Notes under the pieces: generated by a model | The model's input: only the letters and a program-made list of their open reading frames with translations | Databases searched by the model: none | Told to the model about the DNA's origin: nothing | Program-made: the position numbers and the translations under genes | NCBI GenBank assembly: GCA_951406725.2 | Contig: OX597823.1 | Coordinates: 68,944,001 to 69,008,000 of the forward strand | Reading direction: 5' to 3' | Length of the DNA stretch: 64,000 nucleotides | Origin: Octopus vulgaris | Lineage: Eukaryota | Part shown: one piece after another, positions 38,735 to 53,040 of the stretch | Position numbering within the stretch: position 1 is the first letter of the stretch | Layout of the letters: the number at the start of each line of letters is the position of its first letter

Positions 38735-39505
38735 CAGGCATCAGTCTGCTGACCGGCAGTGTCTTTGTTTTGCAGTGATTCTCCCTTCTTAAATATAGAA
38801 CTACTTCTCCCCTGTTCATCAATTTTTTGCGATAGCTGAAACATGGAACAACATGCTTCCATGAAATTCTGTTTTCTGCTGGGGAAAACAGTGGCTGAAA
38901 CAGTTGTCATGCTTCAAACAGTTTACAAAGATGTTTCCATGATCAAAACATAAGTTTACAGGTGGTTTCCAGACTTTATGAATGGTCACATCATTTAGGA
39001 TGCCCGTCAACCTACCAAACAAATGAAAACATCATGAAAATTCATGAAGTGATCTTGGATGACAGTCGCTGAACAATTAACAACCTTGTTGACATGACTG
39101 GTGTGTCCTGGGGCTCTTGCCAAGGAATTTTATGCAAGGAATTGTGAATTAAAAGAGTTGAGGTAAAATTTGTGCCTCGCTTGTTCACGGAAGATCAAAA
39201 GTAGTCATGACTGAATGCAAGTTGTGAACTGAAAGAACAGTTGGAAGTGATCTGGACCCTTTTTCAAAGGTCATCACTGGTGACAAGTGCTGGTACTATG
39301 GAATTTGCAGATGTGGAAAAGGTGAAGGAAAAATGACAGAGATGTTAAAAGACATCATTCCACAAGAGTTCCGGCACTGCTTTGAATAGTAGAAAATGTG
39401 CCTGGACCGATGCATTGTTTCAAATGGAGAATACTTTGAAGGCACCAAAAATGTAAACATGCAAAACTAAGTGAATAAAAATAATATTGTAAAATTCCAG
39501 TTTAT
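38735..39505 (+). mobile_element. Mariner transposase pseudogene, internally deleted
   Basis: MKFCFLLGKTVAETVVML..VYRWF, KFVPRL, VITGDKCWYYG joined directly to FADVE..CIVSNGEYFEG; the middle of the DD34D domain is missing. Confidence 0.88.
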
Positions 39506-39510
39506 ATATA

Positions 39511-40681
39511 TCATCATCATCATCATCATCATCATCGTTTAACGTCCGCTTTCCATGCTAGCATGGGTTGGACGGTTCAACTGGGGTCTGGGGAGCCTGA
39601 AGGCTGCACCAGGCCAGTTAGATCTGGCAGTGTTTCTACAGCTGGATGCCCTTCCTAACGCCAACCACTCCGAGAGTGTAGTGGGTGATTTTATGTGCCA
39701 CCAACACAGGTGCCAGACGTGGCTATCGAACGGCCACGCTCGGATGGTGTTTTTTATGTGCCACCGACACAGGTGCCAGACAAGGCTGGCGAATGGCCAC
39801 GCTTGGATGGTGTTTTTTATGTGTCACCAACACAGGTGCCAGACGAGGCTGGCGAACGGCCACGATCGGATGGTGTTTGTTACGTGCCCACAGCACGGAG
39901 GCCAGTCGATGCGGTACTGGCTACGGCCACGTTTGGATGGTTTTCTTATGTGCCACCGGCACTGGTACCACAAAGATACAAATTCCATTGATGTTCATCT
40001 ATTTTGATTTGGTTTGATTTTCACTTGCCTCAACAGGTCTTCACAAGTGTCCCAAGAAGGAAGGTATGCACAGGTGGACTGACTATGTCCCAGGTAGGGG
40101 CCACGGGTTATGGCCTCACTAGTCTTGCCAGGTCTTCTCACGCACAGCATACTTCCATAGGTCTCGGTCTCTAGTCATTTCCTTGGTGAGACCTAAAGTT
40201 CGAATGTCGTGCTTCACCACCTCGTCCCAGGTTTTCCTGGGTCTACCTCTTCCACAGGTTCCCTCAACTGCTAGGGTGTAGCACTTTTGCACACAACTAT
40301 CTTCAGCCATTCTTGTCACATGACCATACCAGCGCAGACGTCTCTCTTGCACACCACAACTGATGCTTCTTATGTTCAACTTTTCTCTCAAGGTACTTAC
40401 ACTCTGCCGATTATGAACTCTGACATTACACATCCATTGGAGCATACTGGCTTCATTTCTTGCGAGCTTACGCATATCCTCAGCAGTCACGGCCCATGTT
40501 TCACTACCATGTAGCATGGCTGTACATACACATGCATCATACAGTCTGTCTTTTACTCTGAGTGAGAGGCCTTTTGTCACCAGCAGGGGTAAGAGCTCTC
40601 TAAACTTTGCCCAGGCTATTCTTACTCTAGCAGTTACACTTTCAGCACACCCACCCCCACTACTGACTTGGTCACCTAGAT
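39511..40681 (-). mobile_element. RTE-clade LINE, 5'-truncated (RT C-terminus, 3' UTR, (GAT)n)
   Basis: YLGD..RVRIAWAKFRELLP..MLHGSETW..RRLRWYGHV..RGRPRKTW. The 3' UTR holds 60-bp tandem units. Confidence 0.92.
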
Positions 40682-40769
40682 ATATATATATATATATATA
40701 CATACACATACATATATACACACACACATATATATATACGTATGTATATGGACACACAAACACACATGC

Positions 40770-40804
<35 letters not shown>

Positions 40805-42703
40805 TATATATATAGAGAGAGAGGAAGGGTGTCTAGTCATAAAACTGGATGGAAAAGCGAATGTAAAATGATGATGATGATGATAGTGGTGATGATGATG
40901 GTGGTGGTGATGGTGGTGATGATGATGGTGGTGGTGATGGTGGTGGTGATGATGGTGGTGGTGATGGTGGTGGTGGTGGTGGAAGTAGTTGCAGCTGCAA
41001 TAGTGGTGACGGAGGTTGGTGAAGGTAATGGTGATTTCTCATGCAAGCACAAAGCCACACTTTTCTATGGAATATACATACAATCAAATTGATTCCAGTA
41101 CATGAATGGCGTTTGCTTTTCCTTACCTAGAGGCAAAGTTGACTCCGGTAGAATTTAAACTCAAAATATGGATTATCATTTATTATCCTCCATCTGTTTT
41201 ATTTTTACTTAAAAGTGGGATATACACAATTCCAATAATGCATTTATTTACCAATCTATCTTCGGAATATATTACAGAATATTTGCAAACCGAACACTTT
41301 AATAAGTTTTCCACCATAACTTTATGTGAGCATACAGAGAAGATGCAAAAATATATTGATATTTGCTGAATATATTTTTGCCTTATAATTTATATTTGTT
41401 AAGTTAGGTTAGGTTTCATTTGATAGCTACATCAGTAATGTAAATAACCTATTTCTCATAGTACCCAGTTCAGTAGTGTTCATATATATTACTGGAAGCA
41501 AATAATCAATTTTTGTTATTTTTCCTCTTCACTGACTCTTTCTAGTTTTCAATTACTATGAAATGCACAATTCAATCTCTCTTTCTCACCCAAGATACTT
41601 GCGTTTCTATTACAAAATGCTTTTATATTTGTGTTCATTATTAAGGGCAGTAAGAGTGCAGTTCTTGAAGAAACAGTAGAATACCAAACCAAATGTTTTG
41701 CAGTATCTACTTACAACTTTCTGCATTCTGATTTCAAACCGTTTTAGGGCCAATTTTGAGTTTTCTCCTTCCAGAAATGATTAATTAAAACCATTGAAAT
41801 CAGTTCAATTAACTAAATTTCATTTGTTTGCTTTGTGACAGTTTTTCCATGCTAGTATGGGTTAGATGAATACATATTACTTATTTATTTTTTTTACTAA
41901 CTTTTGCCTGTTTTTCAGAGTAAGGAAGATTCCATTTCACTTGCCTTCAAAATCAAAGAAACCCTAAATGATTTGTGGACAGGAAAATAATGATGGATAG
42001 CATAGTCTTTGGCATGCGTACACATAAACACACAGAACATACATACGCTCATACATATAAATGTATAGCAGAAAAAAGGTACAGATGGGCAAACATCTGG
42101 TATCAAGTCAGATTATGACAAATATTTATGCACTGATAGATCTTAAGGGTAGAAATAAAGGTTACAGGACTTTAGATCACAAGAGATCAAGACAAGATTG
42201 GCTGAGGAATGTTGATAATGGTTGTGATCATCATCATCATCATCGTTTAACGTCCGCTTTCCATGCTAGCATGGGTTAGACGATTTGAGTGAGGACTGGC
42301 AAACCAGATGGCTGCACCAGGCTCCAATCTTGATGTGGCAGAGTTCCTACAGCTGGATACCCTTCCTAATGCCAACCACTCTGAGAGTGTAGTGGGTGCT
42401 TTTACATGCCACTGGCATGAGGGCCAGTCAGGTGGTACTGGCAAAAGTCACGAAAAATCGTGTTTTTTACGTGCCACCTGCACACCGGTACAGTAAGGCG
42501 ACACTAGTAACGATCATGCTTGAATGGTGCTTATTACGTGCCACCAGCATGAACACCAGTTAACCACTCTGGCATATGCTGGTATTCTCCCGGAACAGGT
42601 ATAAAGTGAGTTCATTTTATAGATATTAGGTAGTAGGGTAAGGCAGGTTATCATAGATAGAATCTAAATCTGGATGAGAAGAAGAAAGGTGAGCAGATAT
42701 TAC

Positions 42704-42764
42704 CTTGCAGCTGTTTCAAAAGTAGCTGTGCAGTTGAGGCAATTCTCTGTGAGTAGTCAGTGAC
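42704..42764 (-). CDS. Internal exon (VTDYSQRIASTAQLLLKQLQ)
   Basis: Acceptor TTTGTCATGTACAG, donor AAG|GTAATA. Only phase 0 to 1 is open, compatible with the downstream phase-1 exons. Confidence 0.6.
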
Positions 42765-43493
42765 CTGTACATGACAAATTTCATGCAGTTTATATTTGCC
42801 AAATTCACTCACCAGGTCAGCCCAGGCTATAATAGAATGTATTTGCCTAAGAGGCTTCACAATGAGACTGAATTCAAAACTAGAGAGTTGTGAAGTGAAA
42901 TTCTGAAGCACATGGCTATACCTACCCCATTAATCATGCTTGTGCCTATATGCATCCTCAAAATTTGTGATCTATTAAAAAGAAAATCCTTATTATCAAA
43001 ATTACTGCTCTACACATATTCTTTTTTGCTTCTCTATTTTCTGCACATTTTCTGCATTCAAATATATTCTTAGAATTAACTTTAAATTTAAGCCTTCCGG
43101 AATTAATAGAATAAGAATGGGGTTATATACATGGTGTATATTAAACTAATTGTACTCCCTCTTCTATAAATACCTAGCCTTATGCCAGTCATTTGAAATC
43201 ATTATTAGCTCTTTTAAATGCAATTGAACCTACTATGGTAAAACCAGAATTTTTTGTCCCTCCCTTTTCTCTCTTAGAACATAGAGTATTTAGTTTCAAT
43301 GAGATAACAACCACCTCTGTCAACTATTATACTATTATTTAGCTCATTTTATTGCCCTATAAGGCATGCAGCATACATTTTCTACCTTGCAACTAAAATT
43401 AAGCATAATCTAAAATATACTGTTCAAAATATGTATGAGTGTGTGTACGTTGGAATAGATATATGTGCATGTGTATGTGTGTGAGTATATATG

Positions 43494-43588
<95 letters not shown>

Positions 43589-44406
43589 GTGTGTGTGTAT
43601 ATATATATACATACATAAGACATATATATATGTATATATATACATACATAAGACATATATATATGTATATATATATATATATACTCATATATGTATACAC
43701 ACACAATCACACATATGGATAATATATATAATATACTTGATACAAGTATGCATAAATGTATACACACACACACATATATTTATGTATATATATATGTGTG
43801 TGTGTTTGTATATATATATATATATATATACACACACAGATATATATATTTAAATAAAAATTGCAAAACACTTGAGAAATGAAAGATAAAAAACACTACT
43901 ATAGGAATCAAAGTATGTTCTTTTATTATTTAACTTAAATCTAATTTTTTTTTAATTCTTTTTTACTCTTTTAAAAGATTCTTCTTATAGAATATGATCA
44001 AATATTATTAAATGTAATAGATTTTTCCTTATGTTATTCTTTGAAGCATTTGAAATCGTCATGCTTGGAAAAATAATTTTTCAAGCATAGATTTCAGAGA
44101 AACTAAAACATTATTATTATTCTTTATTGTTATCATTATCATCATCATCATCTTCATCATCATCATCATTGCCTTTTGAATTCTTCCAAAATTCTTAGGA
44201 AGTTTTGAAAATATATAAATATATGAATAAAAAAAATTGCGTTTTGCATTTTTGATTGCTGGAAATTCAAAATAGCTGATAAAAGTGTGATTTCAAACAT
44301 TTCATTTTAGTTGGTCATGAATCCTGAATTAAATGAAGATTTATTTTCTCTGTTCCTTATCACAGAAACAAAACAGAAAAAAAAGTACATAAGAATTAAT
44401 GCTGTC

Positions 44407-44438
<32 letters not shown>

Positions 44439-44492
44439 ATATATACATATATATACATATGTACATATATACATACATAGACGCAAACATGC

Positions 44493-44581
<89 letters not shown>

Positions 44582-45145
44582 TAGATAGATAGATATTGAT
44601 ATAGGTATATAGGTATTGTTTTTGGTGGCAGGCATGACATGATATTCTTTATAATCTTCCCTGATAATATTGATTTATCTACTTCTATGGGTATTTCAAA
44701 AATCACTGTGCATCAAGCTAAACACTATATAACTTATTTTGAAAATCAACTCAATGTTGTTGTTGCTATCATTGCCTTCCTCATTTCATCATCATCATTA
44801 CCATTGCTGCTGGAGTGGTCAGCACTGTCAGCACCGTCACCGCCGCCGCCGCCTCATGATTGTGAGCCTGACATTCTAACCACTGACTCATTACACCTTC
44901 ATATGTATACTCACACACATGCAAGCACACACACACACACACACACACATATATTGTGGACATCATAAGAAAATTATAAATTTTTCAGAGAATGTGAAAT
45001 AATTCTTTATTAGAATAGTATATCATGAAGTACATATGTAAAACTATAGCATGTACATATTGGATTAAAAACCTATTTTGGATAGATACAGTTAGTCCAG
45101 TATTTACATATTCAGATAGATATAGTCAATATAAATATATACATA

Positions 45146-45182
<37 letters not shown>

Positions 45183-45618
45183 TTGTATTATTTTTATTTT
45201 TATTATTATTTTGCATATTGATGTATATTGTTTTGTTCGATTTGCATGTTCCCATTTGTATAATTTATAAATAATGTGAAATTGTAATATCCATAAGTTG
45301 ATGATCGAAATGAATTTGTTCCATTTTCTTATTTGTATTATGAATTTACAGTAAAATATTTTTTTACCTTCACCCATTCAATACAATAAATAAATTAATT
45401 GCATTGCAATTAAAAGCATTTATGTATTTAGTATTTGGGTACTTTACCAGCAGTATATTGGATAACTGATAGTGGGTTACTTTCATAACCCCTACCTTAC
45501 TTTGTACTATATATATATATATATGTATGTATGTATATGTATATATATAAATAAATATATATATATATGTATATATAGGTATATATATATATATCTTGAT
45601 ATATGTGTGTGTGTGTGT

Positions 45619-46470
45619 GCTGGTGACAAAGGGCCTCTCGCTCAGAGTAAAAGGTAGCCTGTACGACGCATGTGTGAGAACAGTCATGCTATATGGCAGT
45701 GAAACATGAGCTGTGACTGCTGAGGAGATGCATGATGCATAAGCTTGCAAGGACTGGAGCTAGTACGCACTGGATATGTAATGTCAGTGTGCATACACCA
45801 CAGAGTGTAAGTGCCCTGAGAGAAAAGTTGGACATAAGAAGCACCAGATGGAGTGTGCAAGAGAGACGACTGCATTAGTATGGTCATATATTGTGTATGG
45901 ATGAGGACAGCTATGTGCAAAAGTGTCTCACCCTAGCAGTAGAGGGAACCTGTGAAAGAGGTAGACCTAGGAAGACCTGGGATGAAGTGGTGAAGCATGG
46001 CCTTCAAACGTTGGGCCTCACAGAGGCAATGACAAGTGACTGAGAACTTTGGAGATATGCTGTGCTTGAGAAGACCTGGCAAACCAAGTGAGATTGTAAT
46101 TGTGGCCTATGCCAGTGCAGCATAGCTGGCCCATCTAAGAGTACTCTTCAATCATTGGGCAATAAACTGCATTTGTGAAGACCTGTTGAATCAAGTGAAG
46201 TCATTGTCGTGGCCAATGACAGTACTGCCTGATTGGCACCCATGCTGGTGGCACATATAAAGCACCATTCAAGCGTGATCATTGCCAGTGCTGCCTGACT
46301 AGTTTCCATGCTGGTGGTATGTAAAAAGCACCATTCGAGCTTTGTCATTGCCAGTGCTGCCTGACTAGCCCTCATGGCAGTGGCACACAAAAAGCACCCA
46401 CTACATTCTCAGAGTGGTTGGCATTAGGAATGACATCCAGCTGTAGAAACTCTGCTAGATCAGATTGGAC
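45619..46470 (+). mobile_element. RTE-clade LINE, second copy
   Basis: LVTKGLSLRVKGSLYDACVRTVMLYGSET*AVTAEE..GRPRKTWDEVVKH plus a repeat-containing 3' UTR. Confidence 0.88.
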
Positions 46471-46899
46471 GAAGATGTGTGTGTGTATGTGTCATTATCA
46501 TCATCATCATCGTTTAATGTCTGACTTCCATGCTATATATATATATATATATTACTGTATGTATATATGTGTGTGTTTGAGTGATTTCATGTTTTCCTTG
46601 TCTACATGTATGTTCACATTCTATTTAATTGTAAACAAAAAGCTCTTTCATACAGTGTCATATGGTTCTAGCTCTCTAAGATGTAATCATGCCTAGGATA
46701 TTTATTGGTTGATACACTGGGAGATTATTACTTCACTGAGTGACAAGAATCAGTTGTTGATTGGAAGGATGTCTAGCTATGGAAACGTCTGCTCCATCAT
46801 ATTCATGTTTGACCTATGGAAGCATGGAAAAATAGATGTTTAAGATCTACTTCTTTCTCATAATGGTTTAGTGCAGGGTACTTTTATTTCTGTCATCCC

Positions 46900-47300
46900 A
46901 AGATATTGGGTTTGCAGAATCATTAATTCAGGAATGAGAATGTTTAAAAGAAATAAACTAAAGAGATCTCTGAAAATGAAAGTACAGCCATATTCTCGAA
47001 CAAGCTGGTTCTTACAGGCATATCAATAAAGGCAAAGCACCCAGATATTATAACTGTCAAAGCATAATGCAAAAAATGTTTTCTGATAGACATATCAATC
47101 CTAGCAGACAACATGATATCTCTAAAGCCATTGAAGAATTTTGGGATCGTAAAACGATAGATATATCTTAAATTGAATAAAAGATAACAGAAACTATATA
47201 AAAACAGATACTTGAGAAATGATAAAATGTCACATACAAATATATAACATCTCAGGATGACTTATATGTTTAATATATAAACAATAACACTTCTATGTGA
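46900..47300 (+). mobile_element. Old R4/Dong-like RLE remnant
   Basis: IKAKHPDII..KKCFLIDISILADNMISLK. A similar remnant (ECFIIDVAI) lies at ~48540-48680. Confidence 0.55.
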
Positions 47301-47349
47301 CTCATATTATGAGGTGTATTATCAATGAAATTATTTATATCAGTAATAT

Positions 47350-47600
47350 CCAACATTTTCTTTTCAATGGACACATGACTAGAATGCTACAGGGAAGAAT
47401 CATATGATGGATTCTTGAAGCTGAGACAGTTGGAAGGGAACTTAAGAGTAGACCGATAACAAGATGGTTGGATAATATGTGTAATTCCAAATGGTCACAC
47501 ATGAGATTCCAGCTGGGCAATCTAATGATGAATGCTTCTGATAGGACACTACAAAAAAGGTACCTACATGGCACTCCTAAGAATAGCGAACAAAAAAGAT
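47350..47600 (+). mobile_element. Old RTE-like C-terminal remnant
   Basis: FNGHMTRM..GRELKSRPITRWLD. Confidence 0.45.
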
Positions 47601-47743
47601 GGATAAAATCTTATGCCCACATGTGTTCACACACACACACACACACACACATGCACACACATGCATATATATAAAGGAAAGAATAGAGTCAAAAGGAAGA
47701 GGGAGTATGGGCTCTATATATGTTCTTAATGGAATACACCTCA

Positions 47744-47792
<49 letters not shown>

Positions 47793-49344
47793 GTAAAAGC
47801 AATAGCAGACAAATCTCCCTCAAATTACAAACACCTTTACAATTTTAAAACATCTCATTAAATAAAGCTGTTATACACGTTTGAAAAAAATATATGGGAT
47901 AGTCATGGCAGGAATACTTTTCATAAAATATTCTGAATTGTTTGTAATTTAATCTCAGTGGGAACTAAACTAGAGACAAAGCAATAACAACTCAATGTGC
48001 ATACAATTGCACTTGGATGTGCAATAAAGGTGTAGATTAAATAAGCTGACTATTATAATCCTTTCTATTTTAAGCACAAGGCTTGAAATTTGGTGGGAGG
48101 AGACCAGTCGATTACATCAACCCCAGGGTGCAACTGGTATTTATTTCACTGACCCCAGCATGAAAGACAAAGTCACTATGACAGAATTTGTACTCAGAGC
48201 CTAAAGACAAATGAAATACCACTTAGCATTTTGCCCAGCATGCTAACAGTTCTGCCAGCTCACCACATTAAAAGGGAAAATGACTATTATAATTCAGAAA
48301 TAATACTTGTTTAATATAGATGCATGAATGCTTTTATTTTCCTTTTTTCTCTGTTCAAGTTACAAAATATGAGAGGTTGTCAATGAGAAAGATATCAAAT
48401 TGTTACAAATATCTTAGATCATAACTGAACACTTCAAAGTATTTAGTTCAGCATTCAGCAAAAAAAAAAAAAGGAACTAAATGGATTTAACAAACTAGAG
48501 ATTCCATAGAATCTTAACATCTAGACACATAAAATAACCAAATACTATATGCCATTAGAACATCATAGATCATTAAACACGACAATGTAAAAAAGAATGC
48601 TTCATAATAGATGTTGCAATTCTTTCGAAGAAAAAATATTGCAAACAAAGAAGAACAGATTTACAAGTATTTTGAAATGTTTTAAATTTAAGTACAAAGC
48701 CAGGATTTTGAGGTGGGGAGTTAGTTAAATCAACCCCAATACCTGACTGGTATTTTATTTTGTTGATCCCAGTGGGATGGGATGAAGAGTAAAGTCAAAC
48801 TCGGTGGGACTTGAAATCAGAACATAAAAATACTACAAGGTATAACAGATAACAATAATGATAATGATGGTGGTGGTAGAAATATAAGAACAACCAAGAA
48901 ACATTCAGAGAGATGAGGCAAAGAGCTAATTTTCAAAGTGATCAGCAAAATGGTATTTTTTAAACATAAAACAGTTTCACAAAGAACAGTCAGATCTATT
49001 TGAATAAAAAACAATTATATAACCTTCAACGGGCCAATATTTCAAAAATGCTTCCAAATGTTTGTAAGAATATATAATCACAAGTACAAAGAAAATTAAT
49101 ATAGTATAAAAATAAAACACTGGATAGAGAAAGACTATCCAAAGAAACTATTTGAGTACAAACAGGAAGAGGATCAATAACATCAATTATCATCCTTGTT
49201 GGTGCTAGGAAGGGCATCCAGCCATAGAAACGATGCCAAATCAGACAGGAGTTTGGCACAGACTTTCAGCTTACAAGCCCTGGTCAAACTGTCCAACTTG
49301 TGCCAGCATGGACAATGGATGTTAAATGATGACAATGATGATGT

Positions 49345-49570
49345 TACATCCAGGTCCCTCACTAAGAACCATGCCCGTTTCTTCCTTCTTAGAATATTGG
49401 TCTTCTGGAATCTTCTTCCTACTCATAAATATTCTGCAGGTAATGACTTTCAGCAGTTTAAATGAAGCATTAACAGCATCAGGCTCATTGGTCGCTGTAA
49501 AGGTCACTGGTACAACCTCTTCTTTCGAGTTCAGTAAGTAAAAATAAATATACGAACAACGAAAAAAACC
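49345..49570 (+). mobile_element. CR1/L2-group LINE 3' end remnant
   Basis: FFLLRILVFWNLLP..NDFQQFK*SIN resembles FF.R...WN.LP...FK; A-rich end. Confidence 0.5.
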
Positions 49571-50496
49571 ATCATCATTGTCATCATCATTATCAACATC
49601 ACCATCTTTATCATCCTCATCCTCCTCATCATCATCACCACCATCATCACTACCACCACCATCACCACCACTACCACCACCACCACCACCACCACCACCA
49701 CCACCACCACCACCACCATCATCATCTTTTTATGCTTGCATGGGTTGAATGGTTTAACAGGAGCTGGCAAACCAGGAGACTGCACCATACTGTCTGCTTT
49801 GGCATGGTTTCTATGGCTGGATGCCTTTCTGAATACTAACCACTTTGCAGAGTGTACTAGGTGCTCTTTACATAGCTCTTTATACATAGCTGCAGTGATG
49901 GCACCAGCCAAGTAACGTGCTTCCATGAATAGGTTTCTAATCTGAACTCACATAAAATTGCTTTTTATAAGTTGTTATAAGTGAGATAGTCGTATGTACT
50001 ACACAAAATAAGGACTAATTGAAGAGCAAATTATTGAAACGTTTAATAAATAGGAGAGTTTACAAAGTTTATTTTCAGTGAATATTCCTACAAACTCTTC
50101 TATTAATTACGTTTTGCTGAATCAGATAACCATCAATTTATGTAGATTTCAGATTTTAGAGTACACATTCGATCACATCACATATTTGATCCCCAACATC
50201 TTGACTGAATGAACTCTTTGAATAATGCTGAACTATGCCAACAACTACTTTAATAAAGAATAATAGAAAGCAAAGAGAAATTATTGGGAATCATGAATGT
50301 ACCTCTAAGGTGGATATTGCTAGTAAACAGAACGAAAAAAATAGCAGGCAAAAAGTCATACTACAAAATATCGTTTATTGATTAATAAATCTGTTGAGAG
50401 AAGTTGTATGTACACAACAACTAACAGCAAGAGCATGGCATGAATTCAATTAAAGGAAGTATTATGTGTGGTACAATATTCCAGGATCATGAAAAC

Positions 50497-50597
50497 CTCA
50501 CAAATATTCAGTATTGCCAACAAACTTGTTGAACTGAGTTCATCACGTATGCAGAGGTGCTGAACAAATTTGTATGCAAGAGGCATATATTTTAAAT
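50497..50597 (-). CDS. Internal exon (LKYMPLAYKFVQHLCIRDELSSTSLLAILNICE)
   Basis: Strong acceptor TTTTTCTTACTTCTGCAG. Donor GAG|GTTTTC (phase 0, joins the 42704-42764 exon) or T|GTGAGG ending at 50502. Confidence 0.6.
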
Positions 50598-51490
50598 CTG
50601 CAGAAGTAAGAAAAACATATTACAGGTGAAATGTTTTCCAACTATTTCCTTTTTATTATCATCTGAATTCCATTATCAATAACCTTACAGGAATTATATA
50701 AAAAAAAATGTTTTAAAAAGGAAAAATATATGTATAAGATATTAATAGAGTATGGATATAAGAATTCAAGAGCTTTCAAACATAGAATCTCTTGAATACT
50801 AAGCATGGTATATGTTGTATATAATTCTATTTTGTTTATAGATGCCTTTCTATAACAGATTATAGCAATTTTCCTGTATACATACAGTAGCAGTCAAAAT
50901 GTTTACACGTTTTCGTTGTGATATTTCTGAAAATTAATATAATATATTCCTATATGCCATTAAAATGAAGAGCTTTGAGAATACCTTTTGCATTTTTGCA
51001 TTGTTTAATGTGAAATATGAAAGCATTCAATATTAATTGAATAGAGTATTTGTTTGACATTTTTAAAAGCATCTCATTGATATGGAACAAGCTATACTAA
51101 AGTACCAACCAGCAATAAATTTCTTTTGCTTTTGAAAAATGAATTGCATTATGTAGTAGACAATCCTGACATTGTTAGCATAGATTAATTAAATATTTAT
51201 TTGGAATCTCTATTCAAAATTTAGAATTGAACTCTGTGGATTTGGAGGAAGCATTATTACCATTTTTATTGATTTATATCTTTCATTTTAGATCATATAA
51301 ATCCATCAATACTTTGATTAATTATTTATCAATATTCCACAAAATTTATACTACTATAAAAGTGACTTTTCTCCATAAGTCTGTAGAAGAGGAGGAGAGA
51401 TGGGAGGAACCCTTATCAATGATTATATATAAGCATATATACATATGCATATATACATATGCATATATACATATGCATATATACATATGC

Positions 51491-51537
<47 letters not shown>

Positions 51538-52489
51538 TATATATATATTTGTGGTTAATTTTTAATATGAATTGTTGCCAGGTTAATGCTTTCTGTTTAG
51601 CTACGTGTCTGTCATAACCAAATTGACCTATGATTAAACGTGTTTCAATTGTAGCAAGCCCCACCCTTTATTCAAACATAATGCATCTTAGATTACATTA
51701 TTCTATATGATACCAGGAAGATTTAGCTGTTTTTTCTTGCAGGTTGAACAATGCAGAAGCACAAAGTTGGTTTAACAAGTTAAAGGATCCTAGTTGACTC
51801 TGGTCAAAAAGACTTATTATCAAAGACATTCCAACTGTGATAATCTTGATTAATTTTGCAAATTGTGTGTTCTGGTTTACATTATCCGATGCATCCTTTT
51901 CTAAGGTAATAGGGTATGGCCAGACGGAGACTTGGCTGCCATTTCTAGCAGATCAAGTAACTAAATGAAGGTTTTCTCTTTGGTGCAAATTAATAGCTAA
52001 ATTATTGGGTGAAAATCAAAAGTTTCAACGCTACCATAACTGCTATACTGCTTAAAATACTTAATTATTGCTGGTTTATTCCACCTAGTTTTAAACAGGT
52101 ACCACGAATTGATAATGCTGCTGCTGTAAAGAGCAGCAATATTGTGTATAAACAGGGCTTTGTTACTATTTACTTTTGAGTCCAAGACCTTTCAGGGTTT
52201 TTGAAAGAGTGGCAGAAAAATCCTCTCTCCTACCTCTCTGTAAAGATTGATTTCATCAAAATAATTTGAATCATGAGTGATAGCCTTCTATTCTGGTACT
52301 TATTCCATCAGTCCCTTTTAATGGAACAGCTGAGTTTCTTTTTAAGGGATTTACCAATTTAACTAGCAAACACCATGAGAAATTTATATAAGTTTACACA
52401 AAACATACATAATATACATATATGCATGACGCATATATGAATACATACATATATGCATACATGCATACATACATAAATACATACATACA

Positions 52490-52862
52490 TAACCCTGTTG
52501 TTGATGTTGAAATTCCAATAAAGGAAGTTTCGATCTAGGTTAGAAAGCAGCTTGTTCTCTATGGGCAAGAAATCTTGAAATAAAATTGAACAATGACATA
52601 CATACATACAATGTGTTTATACACATTGCCTAAATACCAATCTTGAGAAATTAGGCTTTCAAAAACCAGAATGGAGAAATCTAATTTGAAGACAACAGAT
52701 CCAATCCATCACTGGAACAGTAAAATCTGTAAAACTCTCCAGAAGTTTATCATTTAAATATATATGAGCATTTCTAGATATGCAGCTATAAGCATGAGAA
52801 TACATAAAACATACAAATCTGCACATACATACATGCATGCATGCATACATACATACATACAT

Positions 52863-52893
<31 letters not shown>

Positions 52894-53040
52894 TATGTAC
52901 ATACAAAATGCCCTGTTATTGATGTTGAAATTCCAATGAGGGAGCCTTGGATCTCGATTAGAAACTAACTCTTTCCCTATTGGCAAGAAATCTTGAAATA
53001 AAACTGAATAATAACATATATATATAAATGCATACATACA
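52490..53040 (+). mobile_element. Two tandem 3' ends of the (TACA)n-associated RLE family
   Basis: 52490-52598 is a short tail; 52620-53015 matches 9136-9465. Both are followed by (CATA)n-rich sequence. Confidence 0.8.

Noticed and set aside
39685-39965. Regular 60-bp repeats as a CRISPR-like array
   Set aside because: Whole units are homologous with no unique spacers, they lie in a LINE 3' UTR, and there are no cas genes.
41946-41964. 19-nt minus-strand micro-exon with AAG|GCAAGT donor
   Set aside because: Gives a stop in the phase required by the upstream exon; not supportable without RNA data.
50200-50480. Possible MULE transposase trace (TTN..AWH-like)
   Set aside because: Too degenerate to support.
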